Assembly (NCBI GenBank): GCA_963729045.1
Contig: CAVSMN010000015.1
Span: forward strand, 139,474-203,473
Source: an uncultured Nitrososphaeraceae archaeon
GTDB lineage: Archaea > Thermoproteota > Nitrososphaeria > Nitrososphaerales > Nitrososphaeraceae
DNA length: 64,000 nucleotides
Direction: 5' to 3'
Below, piece after piece: positions 1 to 10,029 of this stretch; positions within the stretch are counted from its first letter, which is position 1, and the number at the start of each line of letters is the position of its first letter. Position numbers and translations under genes: made by a program. The notes beneath the pieces are model-generated. The model searched no databases and was not told the DNA's origin. It saw only the letters and a list, made by a program, of their open reading frames with translations.

Positions 1-125
1 AGAATGAATTTGCAATTTTGCGGGTTAATTTATTATTGAAACACCCTTAGTCGACACCGACAAAACTGTCCTGTGTCCAAGCTGAATGGTATCTTGTATT
101 CATATGGGGCCAATCAGATTGGTTT

Positions 126-2610
126 TCAAGTGGTATTTTTCTTGTTGCTATTGCTTGGGATTTTCAAAGGACATTGTGAATTAATACAAAACTCCCATTG
201 GTATCTTTTTCCTTGATTATAACCACTACCGGCTATGATAGGCCAACTACATTTTTCACACTTTTTGCCAGTACTTTTTTATTGTACCTTTTTGAGGTAA
301 TGGCGATGTAGCCAAGCATTTTGTTGATGAATAGTTTGTACAACCTAGCAAATCTTTTTTTTGATTTTATCGCCTTTTTGATCATTAAATTTCCACTCTT
401 GCAAACAGGGCAAGTGCCTAACGTAGCTAGGGCAGTAGGTTTTCGCGATGGGCTTGTTGTTCTATTTAATTCAAAGGCTAAAGATATTTCTTGGCCAATT
501 TTACTTTCATTGAGATTAAAAGATTGTATTGCATCTTTAATTTGGTTTCTTGCCTTTTCTACCACTTGTACACTTGTAGTATTGCCTGATTCAATTTGTT
601 CTAACTGTGTTTCCATGTCTCGTGTTAGACTCGTTGAAACAATGTTAGGTATGTATTTCTTCATAGAACTTATTATTGCTATTCCAATTTCTGTAGGTCT
701 TAATCCTGATTTTTGGATACCTACATATTCAAGTTTGTTTGTTTGTTCCTTTTTATTATTGGAAATAGGAACGCTTTTCGATACCTTTGAATCATAGGTA
801 ACGGATTGCTTGGTAGCAGTAGCAGCAGCAGAGGGTACAAAATTAGTTATATAGTTTCTCTTAAACAATGTACTGATTATTTCAGACCTGGTTGCTTTGG
901 TACCTATTTTTTCCCTTTCCATTTTTTGTAACAATGTTGATTGATTGTATCTGGGGGGAGGTTGGGTAAATTTTTCTAACAGTTCTATTTTTACATTTTT
1001 TAAAATATCGTTTGTTTTTAGAAACGATAGTGAGTCCAAATTTACAAAGCCTGATAAATCAAAATAGGGTCTATAGTATTGAATCCATCCTTCAAATACA
1101 ATTTTTTTCTCCTCTGCCTTAAAAGTAAATTTGTCTTTAACTGTTATTGTGATAGTAGTTTGACTAGATAATGCCTCCTTCCCAAATGAAGAGAAAAATC
1201 TCCTGATTATCAGATCTAACAGTTTTAATTCTGTATCTTGAAGATTTTGTTTTGGTTTTTGGCCTGTTGGATATATGGCGGGGTGTGCAGGATCAGTCTC
1301 TTTTCCTTCATTTGGTTTAAGGGCCTTGTTGGCTAACAATTTTGAAGAGATCTCAGAATAAGAAAGAATTGATTTAGTTTTGTTACCATATGAATTATTT
1401 TGATGTAAATTATTATCTTGTTTTGAAACTGCTTTGATGATTTTTTCATAATTAATTGAAGGAGGCAACTTTTGGCTTGATGTTCTTGGATATGAAATAA
1501 GGGCAGCCAGGTATAATTTTTCAGCGATTGAAAGGGTGAAACTTGGGGTAAACCTAAAAAGCCTATAGGCTTCTTTTTGAAGGTCTCCAAGGTTAAAGGG
1601 AATTGGAGGCTTTATTGATGTTTTTTGAATATTAATGTCTGTTACTTTACCGAGTTGATTTTTGCAAGAGTTGATTATGTTTTCGGCAGTTGACTTTGAA
1701 TCGATTTTTTGAGGATAATAATAGGTTTTGATGATCTGATTACTCTTTATCAAAATCCGCTGTAACATTCCAATAGGGTTCAAATATGTGATTTTCAATT
1801 TCCTTTTCCCTTTCTACAACAAATGCGAGAGTGGGGCCCTGGACTCTGCCTATCGATAATTGTAGATAACCATTCTTCTTTTCTTCTGATGAATCTTTCT
1901 TCTTGACGGAATTGGTAAGGGCTCTTGAAAGATTTATTCCATAAATGAAATCTATCATATGTCGGGATGTCCCTGCATCCTTTAGCTTTTCATTGGGAGG
2001 TAACAAATTGTTAAACGATTGTATTATTTCTTCATCTGTAAGTGATGAAAATTTGGCTCGCTTTGAAATAGAGTATTTGTTGTTACACGCGTGCTCTAGT
2101 ATGTTGTACCCTATGACTTCTCCTTCTTGGTCATAATCGCAGGCATGGATAAAGCCTGCAGCATTTTTAGATATTTGAGAAATTTCCCTTAATATTTTCT
2201 CAATCTTGAAAGCCAAAAATTTTGAACCTGATCCTTTACTTTTTAGTATGGACAATGGTAACCATGTTGGATCAAGAACTGGGAATGCTTTTTTAGGTCC
2301 TTTATTAGAATCCGACAGTCCGTATAGATGCCCTAATGCATGACAGATGATATAATTTTGACCATTCATCCCCCTAATAGTAGTAAATAATGTGGAAGAT
2401 GTAGGTGGTGATGGTGAAAGTGTTGATGATGATCTATTTTTTTGTTCTTGGTCTAAAGATTTGTCTGAATAATTATTATTGTGATGGTGATAATGCTGTA
2501 CTGAGTGCTTGTGCAATTCGTTTTGCAACAGAAGGTTTTTCACATATTACAACTATGGATTTATTTGCGATAGGAAAAGCACCAACCTGTGTAAATTATT
2601 AGGTTTCATT
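126..2610 (-). CDS. topA: DNA topoisomerase IA, reconstructed across several frameshifts
   Basis: Toprim start VICEKPSVAKRIAQAL lies in another frame (~2500-2550). Also present: ALGHLY, ACDYDQEGE, SIGRVQGPTL, active-site ISYPRT and IGTKATR. The C-terminal Zn ribbons CPVC...GCTNY...C and CEKC...FCINSQC continue in shifted frames to a TGA at 126-128. The start position is approximate. Confidence 0.93.
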
Positions 2611-2710
2611 TCTTTTATAAATACCGGTTATTAGTTTATTGATAAATAAAATTACTAATTTATTAATAAAGATAGGTGATAACCCTTCCTTAAATCATCA
2701 AGAAAGTTTT

Positions 2711-3298
2711 CTATCTCCATTTCCAGACCTTGGTAAGACCATTTCCCTCAGGGTCTACTGTTTTCTTGTAAATGCCAAATAAATTATCAAATTGTGTATA
2801 AAGTGAGTCTGTTGAATTCGAGGATAAGCTTGTAGAATTTGCTGAATTCATTTTGAAAGGCAAGTGGAAGACCATTATCCCACTATCTGAGAAACTTCCA
2901 TCAGGATTGTAGTTACCTATTGATTCAGATCTGTAAGTTATGACTTGACCTGATGCTGTCAATATTATTGCTTGACCTTTAGAGGAAACTGTCCCATCAT
3001 TATTCATCTTATCTACTATTGTACCTATAGTTTGGGTTGGCGCTCCACCAATAGTACTGTTACCAGTATAAGTAACTTCAACAGTTGGAATGGGATCAAT
3101 ACTTGATACTTTAATGTTTGTTGATTTAGTATTTTCTGTATAAAATGGACTACCTAGTATATCGTAGTCATCCATGGTTGATAGATTAGAGTTAGAACTG
3201 TTTGCTTCTAAGGAACCAGTTTGACCAAAAGTGGATGATACGGCTGAAACTGACTCTATTATCATGAAAGAAGCCAATAGAAATACTACTAATAACAA
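2711..3298 (-). CDS. Secreted hypothetical protein
   Basis: 195-aa ORF with a hydrophobic N-terminal signal, an S/N-rich linker and a beta-rich body. Confidence 0.7.
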   Translation of the reverse strand: MLLVVFLLASFMIIESVSAVSSTFGQTGSLEANSSNSNLSTMDDYDILGSPFYTENTKSTNIKVSSIDPIPTVEVTYTGNSTIGGAPTQTIGTIVDKMNNDGTVSSKGQAIILTASGQVITYRSESIGNYNPDGSFSDSGIMVFHLPFKMNSANSTSLSSNSTDSLYTQFDNLFGIYKKTVDPEGNGLTKVWKWR

Positions 3299-3509
3299 GA
3301 AACAAAGATATTCTTCTTAATGAATCACTTAACATTGTACATTTAGTTTCTGATTCAATCATTATAGAAAAATCATATTAGGAAAATATAAAGGTTTAAG
3401 GAACTTCTTTTTACCTAATCACGTCTATACCACATTGCTTGCCCTAATTATTGACCTAGGTCCTAATTTAAGTAAATATATTACGAATCCTTACCAGACG
3501 TTGACATAT

Positions 3510-6278
3510 TCATGAAATGGATCTTGATTCAGAATTAATTAACAAGGGTTTGCTTGCCCATGTATGTATCCATTCTCTCACGATGTTTGCACTGTGTTCA
3601 GCCTTTCTTCTGACAAATCCGTCTAAATCATTTTTTGCGACATCTATAAGCACTTCAATAGTTTCATACGTTCTCTTATCCGGTATAGTGTGAAATTTAC
3701 CGTCTTTATCTGCCAGTGCAGAACATGCATTTATCTTTATCTTTCGTCTATCATCTCTTAACAAATCCTTAAGTCTGTTAAAGACCGCCTGGTTCATAGC
3801 ACTGGTGTCGGCGTTTGCTGTGTCATTCTTGTTGATCAAAAACTTGGCCAAATTTGATGTCGCTTTTGCTCTAATAAAGTAGTCCTTTGATTCGAGTGTA
3901 TTCTCTAGAAAAAAATGAGCTACCTCAATGTTTATCTTGTAATCTCTATCCGTTGCTAACTCTTTTAGTCCTTCCAGAGCCCCAGTGGCTAAAACGCTTT
4001 GAAAGGTATCTGTTCCTTCAACAAGGTTTTTTAAAAGGGAAATTACTTGGACTTTATTCTCTATCGACTCTAAGTCCTTGCTGCTTTTTCCTAGTGCCGT
4101 TGCGGCGGAGGATTTTACAAAATTACTTTCGTCATTGGATTTGTGAATTAGATCTTTAAGCAGACTAATTGATTCAACTCTTTCAAATGTCCCAATATTT
4201 CTTATAATTGCTTTTTTGGTCTCTGATCGTAAAGCATCAAAGGTTGATTTATTATTTAATATTGAAACTAAACACTGATATGAATTATCAGATTTTTCAT
4301 AATCATTTTTATCATAAAAAGAACCAATTGTATTAGTAGCCTCAACGGCTACTCCGTAAAATTTGTCCTGAACAATAGCATCGTATAATGCTCTAATTCC
4401 ATCTTCTGAATATTGATTCTTAAGTAATCTTATGGCGTTAATTCTTTCTATAATGGTTTCTCCATATTTCATCTGATTATAAAGCAGTCTTTTTAATTGA
4501 AAGTCTCTGGTTTCATTTACTACTTTAATGGAACTTATTTCTTTTAGAATCTTAAACTCTGGATCAATGGATATGGATTCAATATTTGAATTATTGTCTA
4601 TCTCAACAAACAACTCTGAATCATTATTATCCACATTCATTATATGCACCAGGTGACTTTTTTGTCCCGATTTATCTACAATATTTATTTTAAATTCCAA
4701 TTGAAATTGATAATATCTAGAGGAATCTTCATAGCTTTCATAATTGTTTTTCTGTAGGGTTTTGATTTTTAACTTTTGAGAATTTATACTATCTTTCTCT
4801 ATTAAATTATTACGTGTCAGAGTGTACTCAATTTCCAATTTAGGATGACCTTCTCTGTAAATCCATTGATCAAAAAATGATGCCATTTCTCTACCTGAGA
4901 CTTCTTCAAGTACTTTGAGTAGGTCAAGTGAATCAGCCGATCTATTCTGGTATTTTTCCAAATAGACTTTAAGTGATTTTCTAAAATTCTGCTCTCCTAT
5001 ATGATTTCGAATCATATGGAGGATAAAACCTGATTTTTCATATGAATGGGCATCAAACAAATCGTCTACATGTTTATATATATTAGTAACAATTGGTCTG
5101 TCATAGAGTTTATTTGATTCATCAAAATAAATATCTGTAGCTTCTATCAAGTTATAGTGGAATTCATCTTTTCCCCGAGAATTTTCCCAATACAAAGATT
5201 CACAATAAGTAGCAAATCCTTCATTTAACCAGATATGAGGCCAATCCTTGCAAGTAACCATATCTCCAAACCATTGATGTGCAAGCTCGTGAACCACCAA
5301 GAAGATATCATTTCTATAGTCTCTAGAAGCTGTCTTATCATGCAAAACTCTTCTAGTCAAGGTAGTGCAGGTGGTATTTTCCATACCTCCAAACTCAAAA
5401 TTATCAACCGCTGTCTGTGAGTATTTTTGAAAAGGGTAATTAGTTTCGAAATATTCTTCAAAGAATTTTAACATTTGCGGAGTCTCAGAAAAAGTTAACA
5501 TGGCATCTTCTTCCTTGATTTCCTCTGGCCAGTAATAGTAGAGGGAAACGTCCCTATATTTTGATTCATATTGTGAAAACGTGCCTACCACAACCGAAAC
5601 AAGGTAAGAAGGAAGGGGTTTCTTTTCAACATACTTCCAAATTACATATTCATCTTTCATAACTTTTGATTCTAATAATCCATTTGAAATTACCATATAC
5701 CCTTGTGGTGCGGAAATTTCGATATCCAAAGTAAATTTGACTTGAGGTGTATCAATAGACGGAAACCAGTAGCGTGATTCAGCTGCTTCACCTTGTGTCC
5801 AAGCTTGGTACGATGGAGATTGTTTATCTTGATTACCCTTCGTAATAAAGTGAAACCCAGTTTTTGGAGGACCAAATTCTTCTTTGCCTTCAATAATGGT
5901 ATAGCCGGCAGAATATGAAATATCTATAATGATGGTACTTCCGGCTCTAAATTGTTCTAAAAATTCTATAACAACTTGTTTGTTATCAACGCATCTAAAT
6001 TTTGAAATATTGATAGACTGTGAATTTACCTTTGTAACTTTTAAATCAGAAATATCTAACACGATTTCTGATAAATCATTAAAAGCTCTTATCGTTATTT
6101 GCTGTTCGCAATCAATAAGAATATTGTTCACAAGATCTGGCTTTATCTTTAATGACATATGCTCAATGGTGTAGGACAGGAAGGGAATAGCGTGGATTTT
6201 ACTTCCAGGAAATGCAAACCTTTTTTTTTCTGACTCTTTTTTTTCCCTTTCAACAGAATTTTTATTAAATTGTATCAT
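3510..6278 (-). CDS. pepN: M1 family Zn aminopeptidase with C-terminal HEAT-like repeats
   Basis: GGMEN exopeptidase motif, HELAHQWFG (HExxH), WLNEGFATY and YEKSG; helical repeat C-terminus. Confidence 0.95.
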   Translation of the reverse strand: MIQFNKNSVEREKKESEKKRFAFPGSKIHAIPFLSYTIEHMSLKIKPDLVNNILIDCEQQITIRAFNDLSEIVLDISDLKVTKVNSQSINISKFRCVDNKQVVIEFLEQFRAGSTIIIDISYSAGYTIIEGKEEFGPPKTGFHFITKGNQDKQSPSYQAWTQGEAAESRYWFPSIDTPQVKFTLDIEISAPQGYMVISNGLLESKVMKDEYVIWKYVEKKPLPSYLVSVVVGTFSQYESKYRDVSLYYYWPEEIKEEDAMLTFSETPQMLKFFEEYFETNYPFQKYSQTAVDNFEFGGMENTTCTTLTRRVLHDKTASRDYRNDIFLVVHELAHQWFGDMVTCKDWPHIWLNEGFATYCESLYWENSRGKDEFHYNLIEATDIYFDESNKLYDRPIVTNIYKHVDDLFDAHSYEKSGFILHMIRNHIGEQNFRKSLKVYLEKYQNRSADSLDLLKVLEEVSGREMASFFDQWIYREGHPKLEIEYTLTRNNLIEKDSINSQKLKIKTLQKNNYESYEDSSRYYQFQLEFKINIVDKSGQKSHLVHIMNVDNNDSELFVEIDNNSNIESISIDPEFKILKEISSIKVVNETRDFQLKRLLYNQMKYGETIIERINAIRLLKNQYSEDGIRALYDAIVQDKFYGVAVEATNTIGSFYDKNDYEKSDNSYQCLVSILNNKSTFDALRSETKKAIIRNIGTFERVESISLLKDLIHKSNDESNFVKSSAATALGKSSKDLESIENKVQVISLLKNLVEGTDTFQSVLATGALEGLKELATDRDYKINIEVAHFFLENTLESKDYFIRAKATSNLAKFLINKNDTANADTSAMNQAVFNRLKDLLRDDRRKIKINACSALADKDGKFHTIPDKRTYETIEVLIDVAKNDLDGFVRRKAEHSANIVREWIHTWASKPLLINSESRSIS

Positions 6279-6542
6279 ATCTTATTTCTTTTGTCATTTA
6301 CCAGTAAGCGCTTATTCAAACATAAGTCTATTGAAATTAGAACGAACTAAGATTTTGAAAATGTGGTCATTTAGTGTTTGTTTGGGGGGCTGACCTTTCT
6401 AGTTTACTTTTCAACCCTTTGCTTGTCGGCGACCTCCATTCATCTAAATCCTCGCACATATCAACAACTTTTAGATGATTCATAATGGAAAGGCTTTGCA
6501 TAGGAGCACTTGATTTTTAAATGATTGTTTGGTGATTAACTA

Positions 6543-7301
6543 GTGCTAAACATTTTTGATTTAGCAAATAATGGCCTTCCTTATCCACTCACAAAGGACA
6601 TTCTTATTTTGTACAAGCAAGTGAGCAAGCAATATTTGGATAAGGCTCTACTTGAATCCATTAGGATGTTAGTGCCAGTCAAAATTAGAACCGAATTTGA
6701 TATGGCAGTCGATGGAAACGTAAACTTGATGATACCTATGGCATTGCTGCTTAATTGGTTTAAACAGGATTTTATGAAATGGATGGACAAGAGCCCAGTA
6801 TGTCCATCATGCAACTTATCATTGAATCTCAGATATGTAAAAGGCAATTCTTGGATAGTAAGAGGTGTAGAGTATCATGAATGCCCTAAATGTTCATTTA
6901 CAGTGGTGTTCCCTCGATATGGCGAAATAGAAAATATAGCTTTTAATCGAGTCGGTAGATGCAGTGAATGGACGTTTCTATTTGGGGCTATACTTAGTTC
7001 TTTGTCGGTACAATCTAGAATAGTTCATGATTTTCTCGATCACTGTTGGAACGAAGCTTTTATTGAAGGTAAATGGATTCATGTGGATTCAACTCTTGAA
7101 TATCCCATTTCAATCAACCATCCTAATTATTATGAAAAAAATTGGAATAAAAAATATCAATACGTGCTAGCGTTTTCAAATACTGAGATAACAGACGTTA
7201 CAAAAAATTATTCTTTTAATTGGAAAACTATCTTTGAACAAAGAAAAAAGCGAAAGAATAGTGATATGTCTAGAATCATAAATTGTTATGAAAAAATATG
7301 A
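6543..7301 (+). CDS. Peptide:N-glycanase (Png1/NGLY1)-like transglutaminase-fold protein
   Basis: LLNWFK..F.W, CPSC and CPKC Zn pairs, FPRY, GRCSEW (Cys), DHCWNE (His), WIHVD (Asp), YEKNWNKK.QYVLAFS and DVTKNY. Confidence 0.85.
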   Translation: MLNIFDLANNGLPYPLTKDILILYKQVSKQYLDKALLESIRMLVPVKIRTEFDMAVDGNVNLMIPMALLLNWFKQDFMKWMDKSPVCPSCNLSLNLRYVKGNSWIVRGVEYHECPKCSFTVVFPRYGEIENIAFNRVGRCSEWTFLFGAILSSLSVQSRIVHDFLDHCWNEAFIEGKWIHVDSTLEYPISINHPNYYEKNWNKKYQYVLAFSNTEITDVTKNYSFNWKTIFEQRKKRKNSDMSRIINCYEKI

Positions 7302-7814
7302 TTTTTAATTACTTATCCATTCTTTTATCACGGAACATGGTTCAAATTCATAGGTGATAGTCTTTCTTAATGATGATCCCTCATTTTTATATTTTTCAAA
7401 GTCTGAGAAATTATTCTGATTTTATGCTCTCAAGCACATCAACATTATGTTTGGTTCATCGGATTGATTCTCAAAATCATTTAATCATTTTTTCTAAAAT
7501 TATCATCAAAGACTGATCTCCAGTAGCCTATTTGAGGGTTTCACTCACAATTCCAAAGCTACCTTTTTCCTAAGTTGTAAAATCTGTTTATTTTTATAGT
7601 AGATACCTCCAAGCCCTTGAATCTTTTTACCAAATTTCGGATTACCGCATCTTCTTTGGTCATAGCTACATAACTGATCAATTAAGAATTGATGTCACGT
7701 AGATGATAATGAATTTCTCAATTTTGATGTATTTTCAATTAATCTACTAAAATAGGTAGTATGGGGACAATCTGAGATTATTAGAATTCACAAAACTTAT
7801 CAGGTTCTTTTCTA

Positions 7815-8270
7815 TTATTTTTGCTTTTTTCTATTTGCATTAAGAAATTCTTCTAGTCTTTCTAGCGTTTCGGAATGTAGGTGATGCTCTATGCCCTCGG
7901 CATCTGAGTTTGCAATATCCTCTCTCACACCTATGAAAGTAAAGAACTCTGTCAATAATTCATGCTTTCTTCTAATATTTTGGGCGACATTTGTCCCTTG
8001 TTGGGTTAATCGAACACCTCTGTATTTTTCATATTCTAAATATCCTGTGGTATCTAATCTTCTCATCATCTTGGTAACACTAGGGGCCGAGACATTCAAA
8101 CATTCGGTAATATCAACACTGGTAGCATATCCTTTTTGTTGGACTAGTTCGTAAATAATCTCAAGATAGTCTTCCATCCTATCTGTACGTTCCTTTCTCT
8201 GTGAACTATTGACCTTTTTAATAGAGTCGATTATTGTGTTTTCTCCAAAAGATGAAGTATTATTTGACAC
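7815..8270 (-). CDS. mntR: DtxR/MntR family metal-dependent repressor
   Basis: MEDYLEIIY, VSAPSVTKM HTH, YRGVRLT, RKHELL and AEGIEHHL. Confidence 0.92.
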   Translation of the reverse strand: MSNNTSSFGENTIIDSIKKVNSSQRKERTDRMEDYLEIIYELVQQKGYATSVDITECLNVSAPSVTKMMRRLDTTGYLEYEKYRGVRLTQQGTNVAQNIRRKHELLTEFFTFIGVREDIANSDAEGIEHHLHSETLERLEEFLNANRKKQK

Positions 8271-8277
8271 TTTCTAG

Positions 8278-8311
8278 TTCACCTAGTTAGTTATATAGAA
8301 ACCAAGGTTTG
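8278..8311. promoter_or_regulatory. Candidate DtxR/MntR operator pair upstream of mntR
   Basis: TTCACCTAGTTAG (8278-8290) and AAACCAAGGTTTG (8299-8311) resemble the two boxes upstream of the multicopper oxidase gene. Confidence 0.55.
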
Positions 8312-8337
8312 ATAAAAAACTTTGCAAGACCATCACA

Positions 8338-10029
8338 CTACACCAGCAATCCTGTTATGTACATTATTAGCAATCCTATGATAAAGCCTGCTATTATTGC
8401 CGCACTGGGACTTTTCTCCTGGGAAGCTAGTAATTTCATTCCGGATCTAGCAGTTTTTTCTCCAAAATCCCCACTTTTGGCGTTGTCAGTCTTACTACTT
8501 TGCCTTAATGATTTACTCATCCAGACTGCGAGGGCATAAACAACCTGAAATATTGCACCTGCTCCAACCGACAAAAATATGATTGAAGCTAATGGGGAAT
8601 ATACAAATCCGCCAATCCAGGTACCTAAAATAGTAGGAACTCCTGCAATAAGTCCCATTGCAATTAATCGTCTTATCATTAACTTTCCTGTTTTTGCAAG
8701 GGGTGCAACGATAGCCAGTCCTTCTGTTGTATTATGTATTGTAAAGCCGATGATCAAAAAGGTGCTAAGTGCAATTTCACCCAGTAAAACTGCTGCTCCT
8801 ATTGCCAAGCCCTCTCCGAAATTATGTAGGCCAATTCCTATTGCAACCATTAGAGATAGAGTAAGTGGCTTGATGATTTCACGCTTATCAATCAATCGGG
8901 TCAGTTTTTCTTCTTCTTCTCCTCTTTTCTTCTTCTCTTCCTTATCCTCTTGTTCATTTTGTGCTAGACCTATTGTATCATTTGAAAGCCGATTTGTCAG
9001 GGATATTGATGAAACCGTTGTTTTAGACAGGGGTTTGACTGGGGATTTTAGAGAATTATTTTGAGCACTCAAATGATTTGTTTCATTTTGCGCTTTCTCC
9101 TCTTTTTCATATTCATACGATAACTTTGACTCTGCTCTCTTGCCGAAATATTCTGAGAGATAAAATAGTCCGAGGAAAGTCGCAATGATTATGACTGGTA
9201 TTAAAAGTTGGCCATTAAATGTTGCAGCTAAATTATTCGCAGCTATTTCGTTACTTTCTAAAAATGCATCAATACCCAAGAATACCAGCAAACCTGCGGT
9301 CAAACTCAGAAAGAAATTATACTGATTTCTTGTTATTTTCCTCAGAAACGGATACCATGCAAGTCCAATTAGTACTGGTATCACACCTACGAATATTCCC
9401 AGCATCGCAAATACTGAGAACTGATTGATGTTTGGAATTGGAGCAGGAGCAGCAGCCTCAATGACCTTGCTGAATCTTGTCCCGTCCGAAGTAGTTATGC
9501 CTACTTCATAAGGTTCTGCTGTGTTCCAAAAAAAGGGTATTATGACTTTAGCTTCTGAAAGCCTTGGCAATACCTGAGAGGGTTCAATCGCAGCAGATTG
9601 TATCCTATCATTAATGTCTGCTTGAGAAATCGTAACTTGCTCGGGACCCGTATTGCGGATAAAAGCCACCACTTGATTCTGATGAAATTCTACTTTTTCT
9701 ATAGTTACTTCTGGTAGGGGAACACCAGTGTTTATCAAGTTTTGACCATATGGGCTAGAAAGAAAATAAATCATACCTGCTAGGATGATCAGCGGTGTAA
9801 CGGCTAGAACTAATGAAGCAATTTTTCTTCTTTTTCCTTTGGATGCTTTTGTGTTTGCATTATCTGCGTTGATACCAATAGTGGTTGGCTCTTCTGCATC
9901 TGTAATATCTGGTTTACTTTGACTTTGTCCTTTGATACTGTCAATAGTGTTGGTGGTGGATGTTTTATTTTCCTCGTTCATCCCTAATTCTTCATCCTTT
10001 GCTGCTTTTTCTAATTTCTTATCTTTCAT
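8338..10029 (-). CDS. ZIP family metal transporter with an extra N-terminal extracytoplasmic domain
   Basis: ZIP motifs GLHNFGEGLAIG and HNTTEGLAI; multiple TM helices; soluble beta-rich domain after the first TM helix. Confidence 0.9.
   Translation of the reverse strand: MKDKKLEKAAKDEELGMNEENKTSTTNTIDSIKGQSQSKPDITDAEEPTTIGINADNANTKASKGKRRKIASLVLAVTPLIILAGMIYFLSSPYGQNLINTGVPLPEVTIEKVEFHQNQVVAFIRNTGPEQVTISQADINDRIQSAAIEPSQVLPRLSEAKVIIPFFWNTAEPYEVGITTSDGTRFSKVIEAAAPAPIPNINQFSVFAMLGIFVGVIPVLIGLAWYPFLRKITRNQYNFFLSLTAGLLVFLGIDAFLESNEIAANNLAATFNGQLLIPVIIIATFLGLFYLSEYFGKRAESKLSYEYEKEEKAQNETNHLSAQNNSLKSPVKPLSKTTVSSISLTNRLSNDTIGLAQNEQEDKEEKKKRGEEEEKLTRLIDKREIIKPLTLSLMVAIGIGLHNFGEGLAIGAAVLLGEIALSTFLIIGFTIHNTTEGLAIVAPLAKTGKLMIRRLIAMGLIAGVPTILGTWIGGFVYSPLASIIFLSVGAGAIFQVVYALAVWMSKSLRQSSKTDNAKSGDFGEKTARSGMKLLASQEKSPSAAIIAGFIIGLLIMYITGLLV

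Noticed and set aside
7310..7740. Possible gene remnant between the PNGase-like gene and mntR
   Set aside because: Only short stop-interrupted frames are present, with no identifiable family.
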